A stretch of DNA of 64,000 nt from Octopus vulgaris (GCA_951406725.2 OX597829.1:9052001-9116000), one strand, 5' to 3'. Counted from the stretch's first letter, positions 1-12,659 are shown. Made by a program: numbers and translations. The notes: a model not told the origin generated them from the letters alone.

Positions 1-399
1 AAACAACAATAGCGTTTGTTTTATAGAAGTATGGGCGTATGTACATGAGTTTGTACAGACACGTACACACATACAGACACACACACACGAGCGCGCGCGC
101 ACACTCTCACACACACGCGCGCGCACACACTTGTTCATTCAGCAGAAGAGACTTTTAAGAGGAATCTGGGAGTGTTAGCTACAGCACTCATCTCACTGCT
201 AACAAAAGTGCCTAGCATCGGTGAATAAACTTTCAAAGTGACGATCCCTTCATTAAAGATTCACTAAAAGATATTAGAGGTGACCTACTTACGGTACAGT
301 TAACAGTTTATGAAGGAAAGAATCGATTGATCGATTCAGCGATTAAATTCACTCACTAATTGACTAAACAAGGTCATATTTTTAAGTCATTTATTCTCT

Positions 400-659
400 C
401 TACTCTCTTTTACTTGTTTCAGTCATTTGACTGCGGCCATGCTGGAGTACCGCCTTTAGTCAAGCAAATCGACCCCTGGACTTATTCTTTGTAAGCCTAG
501 TACTTATTCTATCAGTCTCTTTTCCCGAAACGCTAAGTTATGAGAACATAAACCCAACAACATTGGTTATCAAACGATGGTGGGTGGGTGGGTGGACAAA
601 TACACACACATACATACATACATACATACATACATACATACATACACACATATATATAT

Positions 660-703
<44 letters not shown>

Positions 704-992
704 GACGAGCTTCTTTCAGTTTCCGTCTACCATATCCACTCACAAAGCTTTCGTCGGCCCAAGGTGCCACGCAGTGAGAAATAACCCGGAACCATGTGGT
801 TGGTAAGCAACCTACTTTTATTCATTTTTTTTTTCGTTAAATTTGCCATGTAGGCAGCCCCTACATAAGGTACCTTCATTGATGAGGCGAATGATTATGA
901 TAGAAAAATGATAAAGATGGAGGACAGAAAGCGCCCGCCGACCCCTGCTTCTCTAAAAGCAAGCTACTTACCATACAGCCACTCCTGCGCCT
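400..992 (-). mobile_element. tRNA-derived SINE family A (CORE-like), with internal microsatellite, interrupted at 818-956
   Basis: Family head on the - strand: AGGCGCAGGAGTGGCTGTGTGG (A box)...GGTTCAGTCCC (B box)...CCTTGGGCAAGTG. Tail ...GCATGGCCGCAGTCAAATGACTGAAACAAG. More than 15 copies or fragments in the window. Confidence 0.85.
818..956 (-). mobile_element. 5'-truncated retroposon insertion with A-rich tail and 13-bp TSD
   Basis: aagcaacctactt (805-817) and aagcaagctactt (957-969) flank the insert. T-run at the left end; stem-loop ATGTAGG..CCTACAT near the tail. Confidence 0.7.
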
Positions 993-1347
993 ATTATTTA
1001 TTTATTTATTCATTTATTTTTGTTAGAAATGGCACTTATTTCTTCTGTTTAAAAAAAAAAAAAGGAGAAAGAATGAGAGAAAAAGCGAAAATAAAATGTG
1101 TCTAAAGTATTGATGAGCTTTCGGTGGTTTCTAAGAGCTTTATTCTATTTCCAGCCACAGACATACTAACACTCTTCTCTCGCCCTCTCTCTCTCTCTCT
1201 CTCTCTCTCTGTATACCCCCCCACACACACACAGATATATACATACATATATATATATATATGTATAATATATATTCATGTATATATATTATACATACAT
1301 TTGTGTTTGTTACTGTGTGTGTGTGTATGTGTGTGTGTGTGTGTGTA

Positions 1348-1387
<40 letters not shown>

Positions 1388-2314
1388 CACTGCATTCATA
1401 GGAAATGGGTTCAGTTTAAACCGAAAATTATGATAAAGCACAGTTCAGAGTTGGCATGTTTACATTAGATAAGAAGAGCAAAATAACGTGTTCGTCAAAA
1501 ACTATATTTAGCACTTAGGAGACGAGAAAGCAAAGTTTGGAATTATTTTTTTTTTTTACTGTCTGTTAATACCACCTGCCTCGAGCAAACGAGTGTCACT
1601 GGCGATAAGAGAGTCACTGGAAACTAACAAGGAGTTGCATGATCCACCCAGGGTATTATGCCAACAAGCGAAAGAATCACGTGACTAACGAAGAGGCAGT
1701 TATGTGGTCGATCGACCATCCAAATCGTTATTGGAACCGCATCCTTAGCGTCGTAAAGCTGGAATGACACATTGCCAAAGTCTGTCGGCTCTTACAAATC
1801 TTTAGGAAAATACGAGTATCAGTGGTGCGGAGAGGAGCTTATGGCCTTCTAAATAAAGTATGAAAGGAAAATGGAAGAAATAAAGGAAACCACTAGGTTC
1901 GCATCTAGCTGCCACTTTGCCGAGAAACTTACAACTGGTTTTATCACCAGCCCCAACTTCGCAACTAACAAAGTGACACTGAAAGCTAGATAGTCCGTGA
2001 TTTCTACATCCTTACCTCCACCTTCCGAACAAATCATTAATCACTAGCTTAACTCATTTATTAATAACTAGCTTAAAAGCCGCATTCCGTGTGGATTTTA
2101 AAGCTAGCTCCTGCGGAGGGCTTATTGGGCCTGTGGCCCAAAACTAAAGAGAGCTAAGTATCATGACTATAATACGTCTATAATAATTATACGCCCAGGT
2201 GGTGTTTGATCAGCGGTCAAGGACGGATGAGAATTAATTCTGTAATGCAATCATTCTATTGTTCCAACCCCAAGTTGAATTCCAGCTGTTGGCCAATTTG
2301 TCCTAAAGTTCTCA

Positions 2315-2400
2315 TCTCTCTATATATAAACGGCAGTTTGTCTGTCTGTGTGTCCGTGTATCTGTCAGGTTGTACATTAACCGCGAAAGATATTCACATA
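2315..2400 (+). mobile_element. Helitron-like 5' terminus
   Basis: a|TCTCTCTATATATAAACGGCAG followed by (TGTC)-like repeats; starts TC after A. Confidence 0.5.
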
Positions 2401-2579
2401 CAGGTGCTTGGTGCATAAGAGCACAAACATACATTTTAAACTGGTATAAACATAGACAAAGATTATTATATGTATGAATATATGTACGCGTGTGAGTATG
2501 TGTATGTGTTTGTATATATGTGTGTGTGTGTGTTTATGTGTGTTTATGTGTGCGTGTGTGTTCACACACATTATCTCTT

Positions 2580-2954
2580 TATTTTTTACTCTCTTTACTT
2601 GTTTCAGTCATTTTGACTGCGGCCATGCTGGAGCACCGCCTTTAGTCGAGCAAATCGACCCCAGAACTTATTCTTTATAAGCCTAGTACTTATCAGTCTC
2701 TTTTGCCGAACCGCTAAGTTACAGGGACGTAAACACACCAGCATCGGTTGTCAAGCGATGTTGGAGGCGGACACACACACACACACATATATATATACGA
2801 CGGGCTTCTTTCAGTTTCCGTCTACCAAATCACTCTTCTACTATAGAGTCGGCCCGACGCTATAGTAGAAGACGCTTGCCTAAGGTGCCATGCTGTGGGA
2901 CTGAACCCGGAACTATGTGGTTGGTAAGCAAGCTACTTACAACACAGCCACTCC

Positions 2955-2955
<1 letters not shown>
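2580..2955 (-). mobile_element. SINE family A
   Basis: Near full-length match to the copy at 52905-53300. Confidence 0.85.
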
Positions 2956-3052
<97 letters not shown>

Positions 3053-3500
3053 TATTATACATACACATACATATATAATAACACACCAATGGAACAAGCA
3101 AAAATTCACACACGAGACGAGGCGTTGCTAATTCCTCGTCAGTTATTACCCATAAGACCATTACAGTTTCACAGTTTTAACGATAACATTGTTCGCTTTT
3201 GGTGGTGTCAGCAGCAGGAATCTGCTGGGAATAGCGAACGTACGTTGGGGACAGTGATGGAAACAAACGCGACAGATATGTGAATACACACACAAAGTAA
3301 AATAAATATAAATTATACAAACAAAATACGTCCCTAATACGTCCGTACGTCCCTAATACGAGCCGAATATATGGGTAACGCAAAGAAAAGGAAAATATCC
3401 TATGGGACTGGAAATAAAAAAGGGAGCAGATGAATAGTACTATCGTTAAAGGCGTAAAATTGTAAGGGTCTTTTGGGCGATAATTGACGAGGAACTAGCA

Positions 3501-4220
3501 ACATACATACATACATACATACATACATACATACATACATACATACATACATACATACATACATACATGCATACATGCATACATACATACATACATACAT
3601 ACATACATACATACATACATACATACATACATACATACATGCATACATACATACATACATACATACATACATACATACATACATACATACATACATACAT
3701 ACATACATACATACATACATACATACATACATACATACATACATACATACATACATACGTACATACATACATACGTACATACATACATACATACATACAT
3801 ACATACATACATACATACATACATACATACATACATACATACATACATACATACATACATACATGCATACGTACATACATACATACATACATACATACAT
3901 ACATACATACATACATACATACATACATACATACATACATACATGCATGCATACATACATGCATACATACATACATACATACAATACATACATACATACA
4001 TACATACATACATACATACATACGTACATACATACATACATACATACATACATACATACATACATACATACGTACATACATACATACATACATACATACA
4101 TACATACATACATACATACATACATACATACATACATACATACATACATACATACATACATACATACATACATACATACATACATACATACATACATACA
4201 TACATACATACATACATACA

Positions 4221-4254
<34 letters not shown>

Positions 4255-4550
4255 CATACATACATACATGCATACATGCATACGTACATACATACATACG
4301 TACATACATACATACATACATACATACATACATACATACATACGTACATACATACATACATACATACGTACATACGTACATACGTACATACATACATACA
4401 TACATACATACATACATACATACATACATACATGCATACATGCATACGTACATACATACATACGTACATACATACATACATACATACATACATACATACA
4501 TACATACATACATACATACATACATACATACATACATGCATACATACATA
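3501..4550. repeat. (CATA)n microsatellite, about 1.05 kb, with CGTA/CATG variants
   Basis: Seen directly; source of the MYVC/HTYI pseudo-ORFs. Confidence 0.99.
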
Positions 4551-4632
4551 TTTTATACATTATTTCTAATACTATAACGACTACTGCTATTTGTCATTTA
4601 TTGTAATTCTCCCTGGTTTCATTCCATTACAG

Positions 4633-4968
4633 GTGAAAGAAAGTGGAACGAAACAGTGCTGCCCCGAAACAAAATCTAAAGCTACCAAAAGATATCGATT
4701 TTCCAAAGATGACCCAGACGACTCTGTAGCATGCCAAAGGATAATAATGGAGGTTATGAAAGAACGATTAGTGGCATCAAAGATTTCAGCCCTGAAAGGT
4801 CGTCTACAGATGTTGACATTAATGGTAAATGATTGTGAAGAATATTTGCGACAAAAAGAGCAACTCCGTTTACGGCAGAAGCAAAAGAAAACTATATTGC
4901 AAATTATTTTAGTGACAGTTGTTATTAGCATAATATTATTTATTCCATTTTTGTACAGTCAACTGTAA
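4633..4968 (+). CDS. Probable terminal exon of an unidentified gene: coiled-coil plus C-terminal transmembrane helix (tail-anchored protein)
   Basis: In-frame acceptor ttccattacag|GTG, then 111 non-repetitive codons. Helical charged segment (KISALKGRLQMLTLMVNDCEEYLRQKEQLRLRQKQKK) followed by hydrophobic TILQIILVTVVISIILFIPFLY and a very short tail. Upstream exons not identified. Confidence 0.6.
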   Translation: MKESGTKQCCPETKSKATKRYRFSKDDPDDSVACQRIIMEVMKERLVASKISALKGRLQMLTLMVNDCEEYLRQKEQLRLRQKQKKTILQIILVTVVISIILFIPFLYSQL

Positions 4969-5275
4969 CATGGCACCGGGTTCAATTCCACTGCATAACT
5001 CTTTGGGCAAGTATCTTCTGCTATAACTCCCGAACCAACCAAAGACTTGTGAGCGGATTTGGTAGACGGAAACTGAAAGAAACCCGTCGTATGTATATGT
5101 ATGCATGCATGTATGACTATATGCGTCCATCCTCTCACCACTGTAACTTAGTGGTTCATAAAAGTAACCCGAAATGATATGTATCAAACTTTAAAAAATT
5201 AAACACCGAGTTCGATTCATTTGGAGGCGCCGCTGTACGGATGTTGTCCAATGACTGAAGCAAAAGATAAAAGAT
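4969..5275 (+). mobile_element. SINE family A, 5'-truncated, starting at the stop codon of the 4633-4968 exon
   Basis: catggcaccgggttcaattcc...ttgggcaagtatctt...ggtagacggaaactgaaagaa. Confidence 0.8.
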
Positions 5276-7478
5276 ACACACATCGGCCAAGCATGAATTT
5301 TCTTTCTTGGCTTCACCGCCGCCCGCACCACATCTGATTTTCCTGTTTCCTGACTTTCATCAATGTTTGTGCCTTAATGCTTCCACTTTACACGCCAGCT
5401 CAATTTAACCTGTCCTTATTAATCGAAAGACACCTGTTGTTGTTCTTGTTTGTATCTGTAATCGAGTAACATTTCTTCCGTTTTCTGTTTTTTTTTTGTC
5501 TGTGTTGTCGCACTTATTCGCTTGATTTCTTCCAAAAATTTAATGCCCTTAACTTAGATTTTTGGAGTCTACCAATTTTGGAGTCTACCAAGTGTAAGAA
5601 GCCGAAACTATAATGATGATTGGAGACTTGACTGATAAAAGAAAGGCACAAATGTTCCGTCCTGGTTTTTCCTCTCCATCTTTGCATCGTCTTTCTGTCC
5701 GTGTGTTTTTATTATCGTCCGTTACGTTCTTATTCCGTTTTTTGAATTTATATGTACATACATACAGACATATATCATATTTATTCTATTCTTTCAAATT
5801 ACGCTATCTGGCAGTACGTTCTGCTATTTATTAATCTGTCATTCAGTTAATTTGTATAAACAGAACGACTGATATATATATATATATAGATGCTGTTTGT
5901 TTTCAGTTTGAATAAGTTATTCATTTCTTTTCTTCTTTTTTTTTTTTGCTTTGCTTTATACTACCTTGATGAATCTGATGGGATAACGAAACATGATCAT
6001 ATTGTTAATGCAATTTCTTATCTAATAATAAAACATATTCATCCAACAAAGTTATGTGTTTCGTGCTTTCTGTTTGATTATGAACATTTCTACTTACACG
6101 CAAGGGTTTCTATTTTCGTCGTATAAACACATGTACTCACACACACACAAACATACACACGCGCACACGCACAGAAATGCACACATACACGCACATAAAT
6201 ATTCGCAGATGTGCGAATGCGTGTATACAATGAAAGTAACACGACGTATTCACATTTATTTAGGAATACAATATGGAAAAACGGAAATTTATTTGTTTCT
6301 ACCACTTGAAATATTTCAAATTTGGCGTGGGTGTGTGGCTAAAAAGTTTGCTTCCCAACCCTGTGGTCTTGGGCTCAGCCCCACGGCGCGGCACCTTGGG
6401 TACATATTTTCTACTATAACCCCAGGCCAACCAAAGCTTTGTGAGTTAATTTGTTCGACTGAAACACTATACTCCAATCACAAATCAATCTACTCCCCCC
6501 CCCCCGCTCCAACCACCTTTTTCATATAAACTTTGCTTAAGGATCCAGAAAAGCCTACGTACAGTAGGACTGACCGAAAATGAACTGGCTAAAATATTGC
6601 CAGTGGCAACACCCGCACTTGAGAGATATAGCTTTACTGGAATCAAATTAGCATAATCTTCAGAACTGCATGAAGATTGTCATCGATAGTCAAAGAACTG
6701 CAGAAGAGAAGTGGGCAAAGAAGAAAATAAAACTCAAATCCTAAAGTGTTCTTCGGATTGAGTTTTAAGGTCGCTGTCTCATCTGCTGGACCTCTGATTG
6801 TAGAAGAGAAAACCCTGCATAATGGTACAGAAAATATAGTCGAGATTTTGCAGAAGCAATTCTCAATTCTGCTCCAATTTCAGCCACCCCAATATGGTTG
6901 ATCGTGGCAGCATCGGTGAAACAAACTCCTAGCACACCCTATCTGATATGTCATTTGGTGCTCCGAGTATCGTAGCAGCTATAAACAAAATTACAAAATA
7001 CTCAGTTGCGGGCCCTGACAGCTTTCTCATTAGGGTCCTGAAGAAATACCAACAACATCTCGCATTCCTTTTAGCTATTCTCTGGACGCTAGTAATTCTC
7101 CATCACAGTTTTCAAAAAGCGAAACTAATCGGTGGCAGTGAATTACTGATGTATCTCACCTCTCATATCATCAAATTATTTGAAAGAGTGGTGAGATCTC
7201 GAGGAATTCGCTTCCTGGAAAGTAACAGCCTACTTATTAACAACCAGCATAGTTTCCACAATGACATCATTGACGTCATCAAACAGCAACATTAGAATTG
7301 TCGTGAATAACTCTAAGCTTCTGAAGGTCGTTTAAAGGGTCGCAGATCGGACAAATCTCCAATTGTATCTGCTCGCTATTATCTAATGCAGTGGTTCCCA
7401 ACCTGGAGTCCGCAAAGGTGGTACTAGGGGTCCGTGAACTAAATTCAAAATTTCATACACACACACACACAAACACAA

Positions 7479-7509
<31 letters not shown>

Positions 7510-7562
7510 CCTAGTTTCAGCTCAGAGCTGCGGCCATGCTGATGCACCACCGTTATATATAT

Positions 7563-8653
7563 ATTATTTTTTTATAATTATGAGTATAATTATAATTAGG
7601 GTTCAGCAAAAAATTTTGTTTCACCAACATGCTATTTAGAAATAGCAGCTAAAGAACTTAGCTATTTCTTCTACTATAAGAAGAAACTCCCAGAACAACA
7701 TATACTCAAAACAACCCACGTAGGCATAGATAAAAAAAACAACGAAAATTCACTCGGCATTTGATCACCTGTGGACGCGTTTCTGAGTTAGATAGATATG
7801 AAGATGCAAAAATCACACCTTCATTCTAACATTCTCTTCATGAGCACAAGATTTCAAGATTTTAAATTTGAGAGCGCTGAAAAAATTTAACATACCTATC
7901 TAATTCAATTATTATTATACTCATAATTATAAAAAGTAATGTTTAAGTTTACCGAAAATGGTCCTTTTAACATGCCGACTACTACTTGGTGGAATTCTTA
8001 ATTACTAATTAATTAATTAATTAATTTTACCCATTATTATTATTGATAATATAATTATCTCCCTGATAATAAACTACAGTCTTTTCTGTAGAATTTTTTA
8101 CTCGACAACACACGTGGGTGGGTGAGAGAGAATACGAAACCTCATTCGTATGTTTTGAATTCGTTGGTACTGGTCGTTGTATATAGTTTGTCTGATGTCA
8201 CTTGAATCAGATAGGTATGTTCAATTTTTTCAGCGCTCTCAAATTTAAAATCTTGAAACCTTGTGCTCATGAAGAGAATGTTAGAATGAAGGTGTGATTT
8301 TTGCATCTTCATATCTATCTAACTCGGAAACGCGTCCACAGGTGATCAAATGCCGAGTGAATTTTCGTTGTTTTTTCCTCTATGCCTACGTGGGTTGTTT
8401 TGAGTATATGTTGTTCTGGGAGTTTCTTCTTATAGTAGAAGAAATAGCTAAGTTCTTTAGCTGCTATTTCTAAAGTTCTGTATGTTGGTGAAACAAAATC
8501 TTTTGCTGAACCCTAATTATAATTATACTCATAATTATAAAAAATAATGTTTAAGTTTACCGAAAATGGTCCTTTTTAACATTCCGAATACTATTTGGTG
8601 GAATTATTAATTACTAGTTAATTAATTAATTTTACCCTTTATTAATATTGATA

Positions 8654-8656
<3 letters not shown>
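7563..8656. mobile_element. Penelope-like pseudo-LTR arrangement (inverted plus direct repeats)
   Basis: Inverted arms 7563-7901 / 8209-8548; direct repeats 7914-8051 / 8522-8656; hammerhead motif in each arm. A diverged relative lies at 52190-52660. Confidence 0.75.
8260..8342 (+). ncRNA. Type I hammerhead ribozyme motif, variant core (mirror copy 7768-7850 on -)
   Basis: CTTGTG-CTCATGA-[long stem II]-GAAA-CGC-GTC-CACAGG. The core reads CUCAUGA instead of CUGANGA. Confidence 0.6.
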
Positions 8657-8700
<44 letters not shown>

Positions 8701-9609
8701 TATATATCTTTTCATAAAGATAAGCATATTAACGTGAGAAAACTCATTTAAATAGAAGGGTTGGGAACCATTAATCTAATGGATGTGAAAGCACAAAATG
8801 CATCTAAGCGAGAAGAGATTGAATTGATCAACTTCGGTAAAGAGGCGGCACTTAAAGCTACCATACATTCTAACCTCGGGCAGAAACCTCGTGGCTTCAG
8901 CTATCGCTAGGGACCTCGGAGTAACTGTCGATAAAAATTTGAGTATTTAGCGGTGCTCCTACCATAATCCTTCTCTTCTCTACCTTCACTCGGCCTCAAC
9001 TTGAATACAACTGTCCACTGTGGTCTCCCTACATAAAACAAAATCTCATAAAAGATATCAATACCACCTCCCCTCGCCACGAAAAAAAATAGACGACATG
9101 ACAGATCTTGGTTTTGGGATAAGCTCGAGAAGTTCAAACTTTATTCCCTCCAACTCCACCGCGAATGCTATATTATTTGTATGATATACAAAATATTCCA
9201 ACGGCATTGCCCAAATGATGTTAGCATCAACATTAAAATTCACCCAAGGGTTAGTCCTTATGCCATCCATCCTCTACAAAAATCATGCTCGCATTACACT
9301 ATAACACTATGAGAGAACTAGTTCACCACAAATGGCTCAACTCTCTTTGACTTCATGCCAAGACAGATTAGGAAAGAAAAGGATCTTACAACACTCAAAC
9401 GGTTCTTGGATGATTATCTCCAACAAATTTCATATAAACCATCTACACCTGGATATATCTTAGCAAACAATAACTCTTTAATCAAATTGGATATATCGAC
9501 CTAAGAATAACTGCATGATGAAGAATCATTAAATGTTTTTTTCTAGATGTTGTTATTAAGTTAGTAATGTCCTGGAGCAATTCTGGCCGAAACTTATCTC
9601 AATATTTCA

Positions 9610-9682
<73 letters not shown>

Positions 9683-9728
9683 CACACATATATACATATA
9701 TATATATATGTATATATATGTATGTATG

Positions 9729-9770
<42 letters not shown>

Positions 9771-9781
9771 CATACATATAT

Positions 9782-9833
<52 letters not shown>

Positions 9834-9852
9834 GTATTTACACAACGCGCGA

Positions 9853-9885
<33 letters not shown>

Positions 9886-10649
9886 GAGTTCCCAGTAGGA
9901 CGGAAATTGTGATGAGTGTCACTTAGCGAGTGATTTTCCTCTAAGAACGCATTCTATTTCCGTTTCTTAAACCGTATTTTAACTGATAAGCAATATCGCA
10001 ATTATACACTTGGAATAGCATTTGTTCTATTCTTTTCATACAGATACGGCTTTTTATGCCTTCCATCAGCTACACCGAAGCTTTGGAAGACTATTCGAAG
10101 TGGTTTATGCGCACTATTTTTAAAATTGTCCAGAACCTGTTAGGTGCACCATTGTCTCAATGGTCAGAATGTTGGCTTCCCTCAAGACAGTTGTGTCTGA
10201 AGCCTGCAAAAACCAGTCAAAATTCAGAATGTGTCTTAGATGTCTCTGATAGAAATATTCAAGGGCCCTTGCGGCCTGTGAAAGGTCCGTGTTTCAAATT
10301 AGTTAAGAAGCGACGTCAGTACACATGCACGGTACATAGCAACTTTTGTTTGCTCTTTAGTGTCATGTTGGGACCTGACACGAGACGAGGCAACTGGTTC
10401 CTGATGGAGTCAGATGCCATCTAAAGCCTTAAAATTATTGCATCATCAAAAGAATAAGAATGGCTAAGTGTACTACCCAGGTAGGCAAACTTGTGTGCCA
10501 CTTTCACCACCGTTGTGCAGGCTGTTGCTATCAAACTGAGCTTGAGTCGAGGGCAAATACAATTACTTCATCTTAGCTTTCACTACTTATACTAAACACA
10601 AGACATTTTTGCCTTACCATATGGAACCTCTCCTTTTCTTTCACTTAAA

Positions 10650-10978
10650 AAATGGCACTCCGTCTGTTACAACGACGAGGTTCCTGTTTATTTGATTAAC
10701 GAACAGTCTGCTCGTAAAATTAACGCGCAAGTGGATGAGTACTCCACAGACAAGCATACCAAAAGTCAGTTCTCGGGGAGATTCAGCCTCACACAGAATG
10801 GGACAAGGTTGGCTCCTTTGAATTACAACTACCTACAACTCATTTTGACTAGCTGAGTGGACTGCAGCAAGGTGAAGTAGAGTACCTCGCTCAAAAACCC
10901 AGCACGCTGCAGGGAATCGCACTCGTGATTTTACGATCGTGGGCCGAATACTCCTAACCACTAAGCCACGTGCCTTCA
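10650..10978 (-). mobile_element. tRNA-derived SINE family B (related copies 34860-35122 -, 42668-42960 +, 53747-54090 +, 61315-61670 -)
   Basis: Head AAGGCACGTGGCTTAGTGGTTAG followed by a B-box-like segment, then the TTGAGCAAGACACTT..TTCAC..TTGCTCCAGT..ACTCAGC domain shared among copies. Confidence 0.7.
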
Positions 10979-11635
10979 CTCTCTTAACCATAGAGAAAAA
11001 GAGTGAAGCGATAGAGACAGAGAAAGGAAATTTACAATGAAAATTAGACTGAAATACGATCGATATTTTCCAGCTTCTTTACTTTTAGCAATGAAGAAGA
11101 GGGAAAGACATTTCGTAATGAAAAGAGGGAAAGTCTTTCAAGTGTTTACGTTTTTATTCTGGGAGTTCTAGAAAGATCGACTGTTAGTTCTCTCTTCTTT
11201 CCCCCACGCCCGGTACTTATTCACCTTCTTCCATAGTTCTTCGTGTCTTTTGGTTGAGGGTGGCGAAAGACCATGTTTTTTTTTTCAGACACGTTTGACT
11301 TTTTCTTTACAATCTACAAACAAGCCGCCCCTCTCTTCCTTATTCTTTTCATACAAAAACTAATGCAAATTTCGAACTAGGTACAGCTGTGAAAAGAGCC
11401 CAGAAAAATGGGTAATACCCCCTACAAAATGGGGGGGGGGAGAAAAGTTGCGAAAAGGTAGCTGCACGAAATTCAACTCTATAGTTTAAAAGTGTCTTCT
11501 ACTATAGTCTCGGTCGACCAAAGCCTCGTGAGGGAATTTGGTAGACGGAAACTGAAAGAAGCCCGTCATATATATATAAAGAATAAGAATGGTGATATAA
11601 TAAAATACTATTTATTAATTATAAAATATGACAAC

Positions 11636-12250
11636 ATCTCTGACAGCTGTTTCGATTCAGTAATTTTTCGATAATTAATTAATAAAATTAAGATCATTAT
11701 AAGATGAATCTCTTCAGAAGTAGTAAAGAAATAGCGGTTAGAAATACACGTTGAGATAACAGATATGAAACCGTTAACTAATATAGCCTTTATACAAATA
11801 GAGCCGGTTATGGAAGGCCCCAATCCAACATAGAGGGAGAAGGTAGTGTATATTTCATGCCTTTAAGAAATAAAGAAAAGAAGAGATTAATACAATTTTA
11901 TAGGGTATTGAGAAGGAGAAAAAGAAAAACGCATGTATATATATAAATATATAATAATGCCATATAATATCATACTAATACCCTATAAAATTGTATTAAT
12001 CTCTTCTTTTCTTTATTTCTTAAAGACATGAAATATACACTACCTTCTCCCTCTATGTTGGATTGGGGCCTTCCATAACCGGCTCTATTTGTATAAAGGC
12101 TATATTAGTTAACGGCTTCGTATCTGTTATCTCAACGTGTATTTCTAACCGCTATTTCTTTACTACTTCTGAAGAGATTCATCTTATAATGATCTTAATT
12201 TTATTAATTAATTATCGAAAAATTACTGAATCGAAACAGCTGTCAGAGAT
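11636..12250. repeat. 274-bp near-perfect inverted repeat (PLE pLTR type), 67-bp spacer, between (TA)n tracts
   Basis: 11636-11909 is the reverse complement of 11977-12250 with about 3 mismatches; mirror ORFs 11608-11823(-) and 12063-12302(+). Confidence 0.95.
12165..12248 (+). ncRNA. Hammerhead ribozyme motif (mirror copy about 11638-11721 on -)
   Basis: CTGAAGA-GATTCA...TGAATC-GAAA-CAGCTG-TC. Intact core, palindromic stem III, weak stem I. Confidence 0.7.
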
Positions 12251-12256
12251 CTTTAT

Positions 12257-12299
<43 letters not shown>

Positions 12300-12304
<5 letters not shown>

Positions 12305-12602
12305 ATTTTGAAAACGCCATTATATAAGATAAATTTTAATTTTCTTAGAGATTTTACATGTTTCGGTTCTTCTTGAAAAAACGAACCTTATCAAAAATAT
12401 TCTAAAAGTTAAGTGTAATAAAAAATTTCATAATTGTTTCTTACTAGTCTCAACAGAGTCCAAGTGGTGGTGTTTTATGGGGGAGGGGAGCATAAAGGCT
12501 GTCTTGTGCGTTGACTGTAATTGTGAAAATGACTAGCGGCCGAAGTAGCAGTAGTAGCAGTGACTGTTGGTCGTAGTAGTAATAGTAGTGACCATGGTGG
12601 TT

Positions 12603-12659
<57 letters not shown>

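Larger units (their letters stand above)
7389..8773. mobile_element. hAT (Charlie-like) MITE with nested PLE repeat
   Basis: TIRs CAGTGGTTCCCAACC / GGTTGGGAACCA(tta). Exact 8-bp TSD ATCTAATG at 7381-7388 and 8774-8781. Confidence 0.85.
6530..9600 (+). mobile_element. Degenerate CR1/L2-group LINE, interrupted by a hAT MITE
   Basis: RT motifs AGPDS, HIIKLFERVV and LINNQHSF (6990-7260), then RDLGVTVDKNL, RPQLEYNCPLWSP and KLYSLQ (8905-9160), with stops and frameshifts. Confidence 0.75.

Noticed and set aside
908-1105. Protein-like ORF MIKMEDRKRPPTPASLK as an upstream exon of the plus-strand gene
   Set aside because: Lies in an antisense retroposon insert with a TSD and runs into SINE sequence; in-frame stop at 866.
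3400-4606. Six long ORFs (208-386 aa, MYVC/HTYI repeats)
   Set aside because: Translations of the (CATA)n microsatellite, open in all frames. The same applies to the poly-IY, poly-I/N/Y and poly-CV ORFs across the window.
10056-10424. 122-aa ORF, and the 75-aa ORF at 15749-15976
   Set aside because: No recognisable motif or convincing splice context; cannot be supported without a search.
11608-12302. Two near-identical ORFs on opposite strands as duplicated genes
   Set aside because: By-product of the inverted repeat; non-ATG starts and AT-rich non-coding composition.
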